The position numbers and the translations under genes are program-made. Of a stretch of 64,000 nt of DNA, positions 1 through 13,749 are shown in pieces; the first letter of the stretch is position 1, and each line of letters begins with the position of its first letter. The DNA lies in assembly GCA_001938485.1 (NCBI GenBank), contig MQRK01216071.1, forward strand, positions 7,671 to 71,670, read 5' to 3'. Source of the DNA: Girardia tigrina. Taxonomy: Eukaryota. Below the pieces are notes generated by a model, which was not told the DNA's origin, ran no database searches, and saw only the letters and a list, made by a program, of their open reading frames with translations.

Positions 1-329
1 TTTATGTACGTGTTAATAAATGTAAAATTTTAAATTGTAATAAATGTTATTTTTCTGTTGTATATTCATTTTTTGAACTTTATGTCATTTTGTTCTCAAA
101 TAGCTGCCGCACCCTGTATTATTCTATTATAAAATTTTTTTTCTTTCTATCATTTTTAGTCTTTGCTGAATATCTCAAAGATGACTTAAAGATGACTTAT
201 ACCTTTGAGGATCTTCTATTTCAAAAAAATGAAAAATTTAATGAACATTTAATCGAACTTCTGTATACATGGATTCTACGAAATAATGGAAACAACATTA
301 AAATTATACAAAATATATTGAATATGCCT

Positions 330-690
330 TTCGCGGCAATCCCATCCTCCAAATACATACAAATTTGTTTTGTTTCCAAAGGTAGTTAAAACAATTCTTT
401 AATTAAAACATCATCCAGAATTTTTATATTTGAATCTCTAAAATTGCTAATAAATTCTCAATAATATTGAGGTTTGAGAATTGTGATGTGCTAATGAGGT
501 TCTTAATTTCATTTAATTGTTTCTCATTCCCTTCGTCTACAACCCTAGCTTGATTGATTAGTACATTATCATCTTATAAGATGGTGTTCTATTTTGTCAA
601 CAAAGAATATGATTAACTTAGATACTCAAAATTCTAGAAATTCTTGGATTCTAATTCCTCGATGAGAAAAAATATTGACCCGGTGAATAG
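330..690 (-). pseudogene. Degenerate LTR-retrotransposon Gag-like remnant
   Basis: Minus-strand translation across stops and frameshifts gives FSHRGIRIQEFLEF..KL..VDKIEHHL...NEIKNLISTSQFSNL...ILDDVLIKELF*LPLETKQIC, resembling invertebrate Ty3/Gypsy Gag (..DD.LLKELFLQRLP..). Boundaries approximate. Confidence 0.35.
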
Positions 691-714
691 TCAAGAAAGA
701 AACATCATAACAGA

Positions 715-1290
715 AAGATCATAACAGAACCCGCCATATTTGCCGGTAGGTAAAAGGCAGTCTAGTCAAAATGCTCCTATCCGCTTACTTCAATGAACAC
801 TTGACCAGAGGTGAAAAATACAGTAAACAAGGATTTATAAGAGAAAATAATTTTTTTTAATGTTTGGGATATCAATTTTGGAGATTTCTACAACACATCA
901 AATGCTTCGAAACATTTGTTTTTGAAAGCACAGGTTTTTTTAATTTAAGTTCTTACGTGAACTACAGACTGTTATAGCTACTGAGAAACACTTTTGTAGA
1001 AACTGGATTATATATGTGTTCATCAAGAGGTCTACAGTAACTTTTGTAGTGGTTGTTCTACGATAATCTCTAGCAATTTATTTGAGGTTAGATTGTCTGT
1101 CTCCAAAAACTTCAACTTTCGGCCAGACTTGTAATTTACTAAGGACATTTTACTTCTTTTTCAAAAGCAGTCATTAAGTTAAAGACAGTACCTCTTGAAA
1201 AGCCAAGCATTCTTGCAGTTTCTGTTTCACTAGCGTCTATCATATAAACACTAACGATTTGGCTTCTGAAAATCTCAGAGGTCTACATGT
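715..1290 (-). mobile_element. Tc1-family transposase pseudogene, N-terminal two-thirds
   Basis: Frameshifted minus-strand translation: QIVSVYMIDASETETARMLGFSRGTVFNLMTAFEK..SGRK (paired-like HTH), KKPVLSKTN, KKIIFSYKSLF (decayed FSDES), CLLPT..GGSVMI. It breaks off at a local duplication (ATCATAACAGAA twice, ~704-729). Confidence 0.8.
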
Positions 1291-3535
1291 TTAAAAAGTT
1301 CAAATCAATGCTTTTAAAATTCTGTAAAAACAGTTTATTTAAATAAGTAAATCAAATAGCAACAATAATGAACTAAAAATAATGAATCCAACTCTCGTGC
1401 TTTATTTTTGGTCTGAAATTTATCGTCTCTATGAGGGGTTAATTTAAATTTTCATCTCGCCAGAATAATTTATTATTTTTTTAATTTAAAAGGTAAAATA
1501 TTTTAATGTTAATATGCTTATTAAATATTTTAAAATTAAAAATGATATTATAAAACAACAATTAAAAAATCTAATACGTATTTAAAAATAAAATATGCTT
1601 TTAATGTTTTTTAAATATTTTAAAAAATTAAAAATAGTATAATAAAAGAAAATCATAAAAAATTAAATATCTTTTTAATGTATCCTATTAAATATCTTAA
1701 AATTAAAAATTATAAGAAAACCATTAAATATTAAATATTTATTTATAAATAAAAATATTTTTACAGTCATAACAATTTATATATTTTAATATAAGTTATG
1801 AAACAATTTTAAATAAATTTTAAAATAAATTTTTAGTTTTAATGTGAAATGTATTTAATAAATTTGCAGGATTTTAAAAATTGAATCGAAAAGAATTTGA
1901 TAGATTAATTTGTGGCGAGATAATTAAATTAACAGAAAAATTTGTTTAAATATGTGAATTGTTGTTATATTAATAAATTTTGGTGTTAAAAAAAATGAAT
2001 TCAGATATTGATGTTCTGATAAGGCTTAAGTTTTCATCCATATGTTACATCTTCCATTAGATAAAATAAACTGCTTGTCGTTATAATTATCTTTTAATTA
2101 AATTATCTTATCCGGTAAATTTACAATAGAGTTTCAAACTCCAAAATCTCAAACAATTACTCGGTATATCGGTTATTTCGATGTCTTCCATTGTTTTGTG
2201 AACTGATTTATTTACGAATATCGTTTCATATAAAATTAAATTTCTTGTCTCAGTTTCTAAACAGTTAATCAAACTTGTGTGCCGGTGAATCGATCGCGAC
2301 CGAGTTAATATGCCCATTTTATTGAGAATGATTGAATGATCAATCAGAGCGAGCCTTGAGCCAGACATTACTTTTGTCACTGTAATTTTAATTTATTGAC
2401 GATTTGTGAAATTTTTCGTTTGAATAATTTTGAAATTTCTTGAGCTTTAATTTTGATTTGAATTGAAGCTTTTTATATTGACATTTTCATCGAAACTTTT
2501 GGTTAATTTTAAAAAAAATTTTATTGAACTGTTATGATTTTTGATTTTACTTACAAATTTATCTGAACCAGATTTAAAAAATTTACAATTCAATGAGCAA
2601 ACAATTAATATTCACAATAAAGTAAGCCTAGCACAAACACAAAATCCACTACTGCCCATCTATCGCTACCGCCGTCCAATCTTCGGGGCAACCTTGAGTT
2701 TTACATCAAAAACTCTCAAAACAATTTGAAGGATCATGGATCAATTTTATGGAATCAAATTATATAAAAAAGATATTATATATATATAACCGTTTTAATT
2801 TAATGTTTTTTTTAATACAACACAAAAATAAATAAATTTAACCGTTAGAAAATTAGACTTTTCTCTAATTTTACTCGACAGATGTTTTCATTAATAATGA
2901 TGTTTTTTGAAGCTATTAAAAGTCATTCATTGAAAAACGTTTTTTGTAAAAAAAACAATAAAAAATTGTTTATTCGTACTTGTTTTGAAAATTGACAATT
3001 AAAACAAATAAATCAGAGACTAATTAATATATCGAACTTGATCTTAAAACAAATACAAATATTTTTTTAGAAAATGAATTTTTTACTTTAAATTTTACTT
3101 AATAAATTATTTTCTTTACAAAATGTATAATAAAACTAACGCAATAGAATTCTCGATTTTCATAACTGAGATTATATTTTAGAATAAATTTTTAGATTTT
3201 CATAAATCAAAGATAAAAAAATCAATCAATTTTAACAATTTGTCTGAGTAAAATTTTATAAAATTCACCAACTTTATATTTTGAAATGATCGTTGATTTA
3301 AAAGAATTTCTTATTTACTTTTTTTACTAAAATGTTAATAAGTCTTAAAAAAACAAAATTAGGTTATTCGAATTTTTATTATTTTTTTATTATTTTGATA
3401 TTAGTATTGTAAATCGATAAATTAAAAATAAATAAATCAGCAACTTGTCCAACTTTTGTAGTTCAATTTATATTTGTGCTTTAAGTAACTGTTAGTTACA
3501 TCAATATTTAAAGTCATTGATAGAATAGTAATTAA

Positions 3536-4020
3536 CACTAGATTTACGGACTGAGGCGATTAGACTCATTTAAAATTCTATTGCTATATATTGTATATAA
3601 AGCTGAAACATTTTTAAAAATACATATGTTGGTTTTTAGTTACGTAACGAAATATTGGTAAATATTTTGAATATTTGAATGTGTTATACATATTTTTATG
3701 ACTATGAGCCAAATCGATTATAAAAACATTTAATATTCAATAGCTTTCAGCAATTGAAAATTCGGAAAATAATATAATTTGCAACAAAATTTTTGTCCAC
3801 CAAAGTACACTCAATACTTATTTTAAAAAGGTATTTCGATTCATATTTATTTTACATATAATTACATAGGCTTGTTTTAATGGGAAAAACAGAAAAAAAT
3901 GTGTTTTGCTAATTAATAATAATTACTAAACAAAATAAAGGAAGACTAATCCAAGAATGAATCTGATGCAACTGATATGGAACTATGTGGCAACGAAAGG
4001 GAAATAGAGGAGGAAGTCTA
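3536..4020 (+). mobile_element. piggyBac-like left end remnant
   Basis: TTAA (3532-3535) followed by CACTAGATTTACGG, a piggyBac-type terminus; an acidic N-terminal-like stretch (DATDMELCGNEREIEEE) lies near 3960-4015. Confidence 0.4.
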
Positions 4021-4028
4021 AAGCCCCG

Positions 4029-4520
4029 TGTGAGGAATATTTTAAATTGTTTGAATGTGTAAATGTAGTGATGCTGTATATTGATTTAAGTTTGTTGAAT
4101 TTAGAATGGTGATTCTCCCACCCAGATGGGAATTGGTATTTTTTTTGTATTTAAATTTAAAGTGATTGACTATTCGAACAAAATTAAAATAATCATTTTA
4201 TAAGTTCATATTTTTTAATTTAACAATTAAAATTATTTTTAATATTTTTAAATAAATTTAAATTAACACTTTGAGTGTTGTAAGGAATATTTGGTGTGTG
4301 GATGTTTTTGTGTAGTTTTTGCATGTTCAAATGTTGCATGTTGATTTGCGATTGTGCCTCTCCTAATCAGATGGATTATCAATATTTAATTTTTTATAAT
4401 CTGAAACTAATTTATTTAAATTTAGATTTAATATTCAAATTTTTAGTATTTATTATTGCAGCTTTTAAATAATTTTAATGATTTTATTTTCGTAAATTTT
4501 TAAATAATTAAAATCAAATT
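4029..4520 (+). mobile_element. Two adjacent LTR remnants of the TGTGAGGAAT family (4029-4268 and 4279-~4520)
   Basis: They start TGTGAGGAATAT and TGTAAGGAATATTTGG, like the 3' LTR that follows the PPT at 54846. The second shares TGTGYCTCTCCTAMTCAGATGGAT-like sequence with the minus-strand copy ending at 41276. Confidence 0.5.
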
Positions 4521-4654
4521 AATGTTTAAAAATGACTATAGAAATATTTTATTTCAGCCAATAAAATTTAAATTAAATATTTTTAAATAAAATAATCTTA
4601 TCAAGTATAGTTCAGATTATAATGGGAGATATTGAAAATTGATTGATGGATCTA

Positions 4655-4743
4655 AGTGAAAGCATTACTGTTGATCATCATAAAGATGATAAAAATTGTG
4701 AATGTAATAAATGTTCTGTCAAATGTGTGAGTTCTCTTAACAA
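4655..4743. repeat. Dispersed repeat shared with ~32082-32163
   Basis: TTGATCATCATA...TGTGAATGTAA(TAA)ATGTTCTGTCAAATGTG(TG)AGTTCTCTTAACAA occurs at both loci; family unidentified. Confidence 0.7.
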
Positions 4744-5560
4744 GTGTGACTGACGCAGACGTCTGCGTCATATGAGTATTACAGCGGGGCGCCAAGTGAC
4801 GCGTCATATGAGTCATGACCCTATATGATTCCCGCGCCAATGAAGGATTTTAGCAAAAGACGCAGATGACGCACACGTTTGCGTCATTAATTTTAATTCA
4901 ATTTAACATAATTTAATAAATGTTTTAATTAATTAAATAGTTTCTTGTGGTATATAAGCTAAAAATATCACCGCAATCAAAGTGTTAAATGCATTTTTAA
5001 TAATTTGATGACATTTTTATTATTTTGGGATTTTTTGAGAAATTGTAAAAATTATTATTTTTAATTAATAATTTTTAGAAATTAAATATTTTAAAAAAAT
5101 GACTTAGAAAAATTGTTCGAATAATCATGATTAAAAATAGAAATAAGAAAGACAATTAGAACGATGAAAGACCTTCTGAGAGTCATGATGACTCTAAATG
5201 TGCTTGTAATAAAAATCCAAACGAGAATTGTCTAAATATTCTTAATACTCCGAATTTTTGAGTAGTGAAGAAGAGGATTTTCGTTATAAAAGCAAAAAAA
5301 GGTAGATAATTATATCTACTTCTAAAACCCAAAATGAATAAGACACTATGGAGACATCTTTGAATGGAGAAATTTCCACCGAAAAGCTGCTGATAGGAAT
5401 TTTTGCATAGGTGACGGAACGGTTTTACACCTGGGGGGCTGAAAAAAGAAAATTAGTCCTTAAAAATCGTACGTAATAGACCTCCCCAAAGTACAAGATC
5501 GAGTTTATTTTTGTAACCAAGAAACTACTTAAATTTTATTTAAACGATACAATTAACAAT
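4744..5560 (+). mobile_element. Probable piggyBac-like left portion with palindromic subterminal repeats
   Basis: Follows a TTAA at 4737-4740. Perfect 20-bp palindrome TGACGCAGACGTCTGCGTCA (4751-4770) with an imperfect copy (4867-4886); decayed acidic N-terminal coding-like sequence at 5150-5550. Confidence 0.35.
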
Positions 5561-5569
5561 ATGCTCCAA

Positions 5570-5900
5570 AAAAGTCCTTTTTGCGAGGTTTGGCATACAA
5601 AGTCATTTGATATTACAAGAATAATACAATTTGTCCGCCCTTTCCTTGTCGCAATGTAACAATATGAGATTGTTAAAACGATTTTATGTCATTGAGCTCC
5701 GTAAGTACGTCTTCAGTCTTCTCATGGCAGGTTTTGTCATCCACAGAGAAATTATGTTACAAATTTCTGAAAACAAAGACGTTTCCATTGCCAATGCAAC
5801 CAACATCTCAGTAATCATTCTCAAATTTCTTACTTTATCCACGTGACCGAAAACTGTCTTTTACTTCATTTCTCGCACAAAATACGCAAAAATATCAACT
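5570..5900 (-). mobile_element. hAT transposase C-terminal (dimerisation) fragment, ZMYM1/P52rIPK-like
   Basis: Minus-strand AMRRLKTYLRSSMT*NRFNNLILLHCDKERADKL matches the hATC consensus. Confidence 0.75.
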
Positions 5901-8270
5901 GTCTTTTGAAATCCGGAGTGCTGATACCTGAGGAGAGGAGAACATACTCGTCTACGGGAATATATTTTGGTCCAATCCAATTTGTGGACGTCACAAGCAT
6001 CTTTTGATTTTCCGTCTCCTGCTGTCATTCATCAGGTACCTCATCTGGATAGTTCTCTATTGTAAACTCTCTCTACATTGAATAATCTGCCACTTCGTCT
6101 TCTATGCTATTTTCTTCTATGCTATGGCGTAAGGCGCAAAACCGAAGCATGCCTCGCCACATCTTCATCATTTATCTCAACCGAAACTCTTGAGATTATC
6201 CTTCTTACTAGATGAGGCCCGCTCCATTCTTCTTCTCACTTTTTACTGTCGGACTTCAAATAAACCATGTTGCTGACAACTAGTGGATTCTGAGTAACGT
6301 TATTATAGTCCTTCTCGAGCTCTACCTGTTTTGGTTCACATTTAGATCTTGTCCAGAAATTGCTGACTCCGGATTTCCGAGATATATACTCGAACATCCA
6401 TTCGTACGGTGTTTTCCCGTGTATCCCAGCATTTTTATTGTACCCAAAGACGGCTTCTTCAACAGATCTTCCAGTTCTGCTCACCAATCGCTTGATTGTT
6501 CTGCGGACTCATTCAATTACGCCATTACCTTTAGGCCTGTATGCACATGAATATTCTTATCTGACTCCCCACTATTGGCAAAGTTGGTTCATATCTCGTG
6601 TTCGAAAAACTGTTCCATTGTCAGATATGTTAGAATCCGATGGTGCGTATTCTGCTATTATTTGTCTTAAGTATCAAACAACACCATTGGATGATTGATT
6701 TCCGAGCTACCTTCACACTGTAAATCCAGAGTAGCCATCTATCAGTGTGAGGTACGGTCATCCATTCACGATTGAAATACGTTCCCAGAGCTCATCACAA
6801 AACAGGTGTTCCTTCACCCATCTGTCCTTCCTATTATCGCCAGATCCACGCGACAGTAAGTCATCAATATAGATGACATCCCTTTTTAGATCATCTTTTA
6901 AATTGATGATATATTCTACAATCTTCGTCATGATCTTTGGTGCTGAGTATAATCCAAATCCTATACGAGTATTTAAGAATGTTTGACCTCACCAACTTAC
7001 CGCTTGATGAACCCACAAACTTTGATCAATGTGAATCTGTAAGTATGCTCTTTTGAGATCCAGCACAACAGCATTCTGTCTCGATTGCTTCCACTTTCTA
7101 ATTCAATCTCCATAAATTGGTAGTTCTCCTCCCGGACCCGATTATAGTAATTTTTCAGCTCTCGGTAATCAAATACGGGTCTTATTTTCGTAATAATTCC
7201 TTTCTCTGGCCTCACACTCATGAGTGGCAGATATCTTCTGATTTGACCGTGTTTGCTTTCGTCATATGCGACAAGCACATCCTCATCAATACATGATTGA
7301 ATTTCTCTGTCGAATTCTTATTTATCTACATCGTTCACGAATTTTCAGGGTGCTAGGTATTTTTTTGATCAACCACTATCTGGGTTCTATTTCACTTTCT
7401 ATTTTCGGATTCTATTTTCGGATTCTATTTTCACTTGTGTTCCCGCAGGCAGCTATTCCACTCCCCGAGAAAGATGACATCATTGATAGCTATAGATTCC
7501 CACTTCTAACCCGTGCTTGTTTTTTTATAACTCTGCACGATTTGTCAGTCGACACCATTTTAAACTTTATATCAGGTTTTATACCTAGCATCTTAAGTTT
7601 GGTTACAACATCAAGTCCTAGAATCATTTCAACCCCCAATGGAAGCTCATCCATTATAAATGCTTTTACATTACTCATCTGCAACTTTTTCCTCGAAAAC
7701 TACACTTACTAGACTCGCATAACTGTCACTATATATTGCCTAGCAATTGATCAATCTAAATTGATCTAACTCTATTTTTCACCATTAATCCGACCACAAT
7801 CATGAGAAATTAGATATATGCTGCAGCCGGTATCAATCATCGCTACTTCTCTAATATTAGCAATTAAGACTGAGGTCAATATCGCAGAACCCACACGGAG
7901 ACTGTCATCTAATTCTGCAAAACTACAGCCTCCTTCTCCCCGTTTCCCGAAAGATTAGAGTATTAAGACTTACGAGGGCTCTTTTTTCCACGGTTGAAGC
8001 ACATTATTGGATACTTACTTTGATTATGACCAAATTTATTGCAGCAATAGCATCGTATCACTGCTGGGGTTCTCGTCTTGTTCGATATGTTGTCTGATTC
8101 TGTCTCAACTCCTGCCATGGTATATTGTGGTGACCCGTTTGCTTCATATCATATCTTTATCGTAAAGCACCAGCAATTGATTTCTCACATTTGAGGGATA
8201 AAGTCAAGACAAAACAAGGAAATTACCTCCTCAGGCACCTTCTTCTCTCCACGGTTACCGCCAATAACGG
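5900..8270 (-). mobile_element. Decayed Ty3/Gypsy-like LTR retrotransposon (gag-PR-RT-IN; RNase H deleted), inserted in the hAT element
   Basis: Zinc knuckle CYCCNKFGHNQSKY, slippery GGGAAAC, protease MIDTGCS, RT KIRPVFDYRELKNY / LDLKRAYLQI / GFGLYSAPKIM / YIDDLL, integrase SDNGTVF / YRPKGNGVIE / GKTPYEWMF; many stops. Confidence 0.85.
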
Positions 8271-8279
8271 GGAAATTTT

Positions 8280-8482
8280 TTTGTATGTATCAAAGCCTGT
8301 AAGGTATATATTAGTTATTGCATCAAACAGCATTCACCAAAGTGACTTTAAATGTTCAGAGTCAAGGAATTCGATTGATATTCCTTTTTTGTATAGAGTA
8401 TACTACTCAACATTTTGGGGCCCCTTATTTCGTGGGGCCCCTAGGCTATGGGCTAGTCGGCCTACTTGTAAATCTGGCCCTG
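8280..8482 (-). mobile_element. hAT terminus plus a short transposase remnant (probably the other half of the 5570-5900 element)
   Basis: Minus-strand terminus CAGGGCCAGATTTAC with GGGGCCCC subterminal palindromes; remnant LFDAITNI..GFDTYKK. Confidence 0.55.
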
Positions 8483-9262
8483 TTTAGATAGGGCAATATT
8501 TTCATTTAATTTAATAATAATATTTTCATATATTTTATAGTTTTTTAATTTTTATACTGAATATTATGGTCTAATAAAGATGGAAAAAGCTCATTTCAAA
8601 ATCTTCATGAGTTAAGGGGATATGGCTCCAGAATCATACTTTAATTAGTTGTTTGCAGATGAAGATAAGCTTTTTTAGATACACAGTGAAGTGGAAAAAA
8701 TGAGCTTTAAAACATTTTTTCAAGGGATATGATTTTATTTTTTTATTGCCCCAAATGTGCTACATACGATTGATGTTATTGAATGCTATGCAAAAACTCA
8801 GAGTTGAGGATAATAACAATTCTGGTAATGATTCAGGCGAAACCTACACAGAAGCAGAAAGTGTAAGAGTTTCCGACATGGAAACAGAGACATTTTCACA
8901 CTAAAAGATCAACAAATGTTCTAACATTTATTTCACAAATTTCAAACTTTTTTTACATTCATTATATTAATTATATCTACATAGAATAAATAAATAGCTA
9001 TAATAAATTAATAATAAATGAGGGAAATGATCGTAAAATCGATAAAAGTTTTTTTTGATAATTTGATAAAATGATTTTTTAAAGAATTTAAACATATTTT
9101 ATTTTAAAAGATATGTAATATATAAAGTGTTTATAATTAATTTTTATTATTTATTTTATTATTTTAACTTATTTCTTTAACATGTTATGTGACTTATAGT
9201 ATGTTTTCATTTATGGGATCTTTATATAAAAAATTAATAACTTTTTAAGGAAGTTATATTTA

Positions 9263-9266
<4 letters not shown>

Positions 9267-9297
<31 letters not shown>
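9267..9297. repeat. (TA)n microsatellite
   Basis: Directly visible run of about 15 TA units. Confidence 0.95.
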
Positions 9298-9300
<3 letters not shown>

Positions 9301-10129
9301 CCATTAAAAGTAAGATACTTATGTGTCCATGATTCTAAGAAAGATTTGAAGGAAAAAAGTAAACTACGAACCATTTTTGTACAATTTACTCAAAATAATT
9401 TAATGATCTCTTAATTTTCTTCAAAAATTATTAATAAAGATAAATACATTTTTTGATAAATCATAAATTTTCCATTCTCAATTTTTTAGAGTCTGTCTTT
9501 AATTTTTTGGTCGGCCTTTAATTTTGCTGCTCATAAAAATCAAAATTATTATTAAAAATAATTATTCAAAGATATTTTGATTGTTCTTCAATCAATGGTT
9601 TAATTAGAAGTTTTTGTTCTCTGTGAAACTGTTATTCTGAAATTTTACAGTTGACCAATATTAAAATATCAATTTATTCATGTGTTTTATTTATTTATTT
9701 ATTTTAAATGTTTATCGCAAACCATGTGTAGATATTTTTAGAATTATCTTGTATATATAATGTTGGTATGAGTGATTTTACATGATTTATACTTCACTTT
9801 TTAAAAACATTTACCATGAACATTGTTCATTGAACAAGTGAGTCAAACTGATTTTAACTTTTTTTAATTTTTTTGAAATGAAATTTAAAGATGTCATTAA
9901 CAAAACAGAAAAACGGAATATACCATGCTCACCGTAAAAGACAAACAAGTTAGCTAAATAATTATCTACTGAAAGATAAATTATAATTTAAAATTTAAAA
10001 ATTTAAAAATCATTAAAAAGAACTTCTTGATTTTCATATAAAATAACATTTTTAGTAAAATTCTCTAAACATTCCTTCTATTCCAGTGTTATACATAAAA
10101 ACCTTTTAGAAGATATTTTGATATTCAAT

Positions 10130-10575
10130 GATCGATCTTAGAAAGTTTGAACATGGAAATCACCTTTCTCTATCACTCTTCATTCTTTAAGAAATGTCAG
10201 CTGAGCCGGATGAAAAGTAAATAAAACTCCACTTTTCTCAAAAGATTTTGTGTTTAGATAAAAGTAACATTAGTCCAACAATTTGGTGACTCTTCATCCT
10301 GAAAAAATTATTTGATCTTGTAAAGGAGTACTAATAGATTTTGAAGAATGTTTAAGTAGGATATTCCAGTAACCATATTTTCGAAAAAGTATGGTCTGAT
10401 GTGATTTAAGGAAGAGAAGAAGGAGAAAGACCACGATGAAGACCAAAGAGACAATGGAAAAATATAGTCAATTGAACATGGAATTTCTGAGAAGATAGAC
10501 TACAAATGAAGAGATGTGGCGAAGGCTAGTGCATAATATGGTGAACCCATGGCCCAGCGACTAAAAGAGGTGAAA
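10130..10575 (+). mobile_element. 3' end of an RTE-like non-LTR retrotransposon
   Basis: EGERPR*RPKRQWKNIV...TTNEEMWRRLV resembles the RTE C-terminal GKRPRGRP..RW.D...DR..WR motif, followed by a short 3' tail. Confidence 0.6.
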
Positions 10576-10859
10576 AATCACACCAAATCACGACATTGTT
10601 TTTTGTTTCTTTATTTCAATAAAGATTTTCTGGAGCCGAAACCCTTCTTACTTGCTTACCTTTTATTAAATTAATTTTAAAAGTTTTATATTAATTTAAA
10701 ATTTATTATTATAATTATTAAAAAATTTCATTTATTAACTTTTTTAAATATCAAATTATGTAAACATTCATATTTAAAGTAACAATATCAATTTTGTTGT
10801 TTATAAATTTTAAGGTATTAAAATTTTAATCATAAAATTTTATTATAATCATTTATTCA

Positions 10860-11810
10860 TTTTCAATTTTCATGAGCAACATTTGAAACATGTACTTTAA
10901 AGGTTTCTTTAGTTTGTTCGGCATTTAAAATGCAGTACTTTTGCTACTTCAACCTTAAATATTGGCAAAACAAACTTAAATTTCTTCAACATCGGTTGAT
11001 TCAAGACTCCATAACTAGATATAACTCTTTGGTTTGCATACTAGATCGTTTACTGGAACCGAAAATTTATATTTCTACAGTTCTACAGTCAAATACAAAA
11101 AAGGCCATCGCATATTGGCAGTTAAATTTTTTCAAAGTGATTCTGGAATAATTCCAATATTAAAATAAAATCTAAAACCTTGGAAATTAATAACAGAACC
11201 CCGGTTAGTGATAAATATCTTACTGCATCTTTAATATTACATTTTATTCATCAGTTTTTAAATGAATCAACAGCAAGAAAATCGGAAGGAATAACAAAAA
11301 TATATTGACTCGAGGACTCGATGCATTTTTCCATAAATTGTAATTTTAGATTCAAGATTCAAAAGTCTTTAATTTCTTGGAGAAGAACAAAAAAACAGAA
11401 TAATCAATAAATTTCAAAGCATTCTAGTTCAACGTTAAAAGAATCCTGAATTAAAATGTATAATGAATCTAAATGACAATTCTGAAGAATATGAGTTCTC
11501 AACTAAGTTTAAGAATCTCACACCCATGAACCAAATGATATCAAAACTTTCTGGAAAAATATGCCTCAAATAATTCAGAAAATGTAATTGGTGAATCTCT
11601 ATATCCACCTTATGGAATCACTGAATCCAAATGTGCAATACACAAACTTATGGTGGCGAGAAAATGCTAATCATGTCCCGATTATTGCATCTTATGCAAA
11701 AATATTTGTCTCACGTGCAACCAGTGTTCCTTCTGAACGTGTTTTTTTCAGTAACAGGAGATATTGTTACAGTGCAAATAAATTGTTTAAAACCTAAGAT
11801 TGTGAACTAC
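10860..11810 (+). mobile_element. hAT (ZBED1/Ac-like) transposase pseudogene
   Basis: LIQDSITRYNS (TRWNS motif), LDSRFK (LDPRFK motif), WWRENA...ATSVPSERVF (hATC). Confidence 0.85.
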
Positions 11811-13749
11811 TCATATTTTAAAACTATAATTTGTAATATAATTGTATTTTTTACCTTATGTGTAATTGTAGTATTATTATTATTGTTGTATTTGTATAAT
11901 TAGTAAGTAACTTGAAATTTAATGTCATATTTCTAAAAAATAATAGTAGTATTTAATATTAGTTAATATTTTGATATAAATAACAGTTTTTTCAGTAATT
12001 ATTTAATAATATAATTATTTAATATTAAAGAAAGGATAAAAGTGACTATATATAAGCTCCCAAATGTTTTTAGACTTAAAAGTTTAAGTATATGAAAGCA
12101 CTGTTATAATTTTAATTTCATCACTTTCTTCCTAGTTACACATTTTCTTCACAGCTCACCACTGTCATTCACAAGATAATGCTTAATAATAAATAATGTT
12201 ATACAAAATTCGGCATATAAATTCTGGGACTGAAGATACTAAAGGAAACAGAAACATTTTCTAATTACTTTCTTTCTTTCTTTTTAAACATATTCTCCAC
12301 CTGATTTTCCATTTACGGAAACTCAATTTTGATTTAAAACCTCCTCAAGCTTATTTTTCAATATTTCTTCTATTATATACATCATTTTATATTCATTCTC
12401 AAACATTAAAAATTGTACAAAATTAAGAGTAGCGAGTTGTCTTTATATGGCTAACACTATGCAAAACGTTTATTTAAATAAATATTATCCTTATAAAACA
12501 AAATTTAACGCTGAGGTCATAAAGGACAATCCAATTTTGAAGAATAACGTTTTATCTGGTAAATAACATTAACTCGTTTGTTTAGAAAAATCGATTAAAA
12601 TATCCACTGTAAATTATAAAAATTACAGATAAATTTTGTCACATATTTATCGATTTTTACAATTCATTTCCCTTTTTCACGGAAAGTGTAGAATGTGATA
12701 AATTAATATTTTATTGAGAAAAAAATATTTTTTTTCCAAATAAAACACATTTAATATTCACAAAGTAATTTATGAATTAATATATTTTTTAATTTTCCCA
12801 AAATATTTTATTTAATAAAAAGATATGAAAATAAATTAGTGTATTTATTAAAAAAATGTGTAGATGTTAAGCGAAATCGAAAAATAGCATTTGGGTGAAC
12901 AAATCTGTGGTAAACAAATATACAAAGTGAGTTAATATAAGAGTGATAAAAATTAATAAAAAATAGCTTGAGATATTTCAAAGAATTCTATCTTTCTTTT
13001 AGACCTAATAGTTGATGAATGAATGTTTGAATTCTACAGAGAAGACAACACTCTTAAGATAACAAAAGCAAACACATTAGATTCTTTAAAAGGCATAAAG
13101 AATAAAGAAAATGAAAGAAGCAAGCTGAGCAAAAATTCAGCTGGAGAGATTGAATTATCTCTCACTGCAACATACCAATGTATCAACAAAATTTTTAAAA
13201 TAGATGGATTGGAGAAGGCCCTAGAATGTCTTGTTAACGTTTTAGTAGAAAACAGAAAAAATTTAGGACAGATTATTTAAGAAGATACTCTTCTAACTCA
13301 AAATTTAATGCGAAAAAAAAGATAAATGTAAACTGCAATGTATAACATAGAACAATAAGTATTTCCTGAAGATTTGAAACTTTCAAGAAAGAGAAGATGT
13401 TAAGTTGTAAGATCAGAAAAAAAGGCTGATGTAATAATAATTCCATGAATCTGTAACAAATATATATGTTTATATTCTACATATAGTGATATATATATAT
13501 ATATACATTTATACAAAACGTGTAGTAAACAATAATGTGAAATTTTAAAAATAGATATTTGTTAGAGCATTTTTTTAAAAAAATCAGCCTTGGGTTGTTT
13601 TGATCACAACCTTTGATCATTTTCAGAAACTTTATTTGTGTTTACATTTCTTCTGTTTTATTATTATTCGTTTTTTGTCGTAATAATTTATTTAATTTTT
13701 ATAATATAAACGGTAAATATTTTTTAAAAGTAAAATTTTATTGCTTAAT

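Noticed and set aside
300-400. Kelch repeat (LYVFGGWD on the minus strand)
   Set aside because: A single short match in an alternative frame of a region better explained as a Gag remnant; no further repeats.
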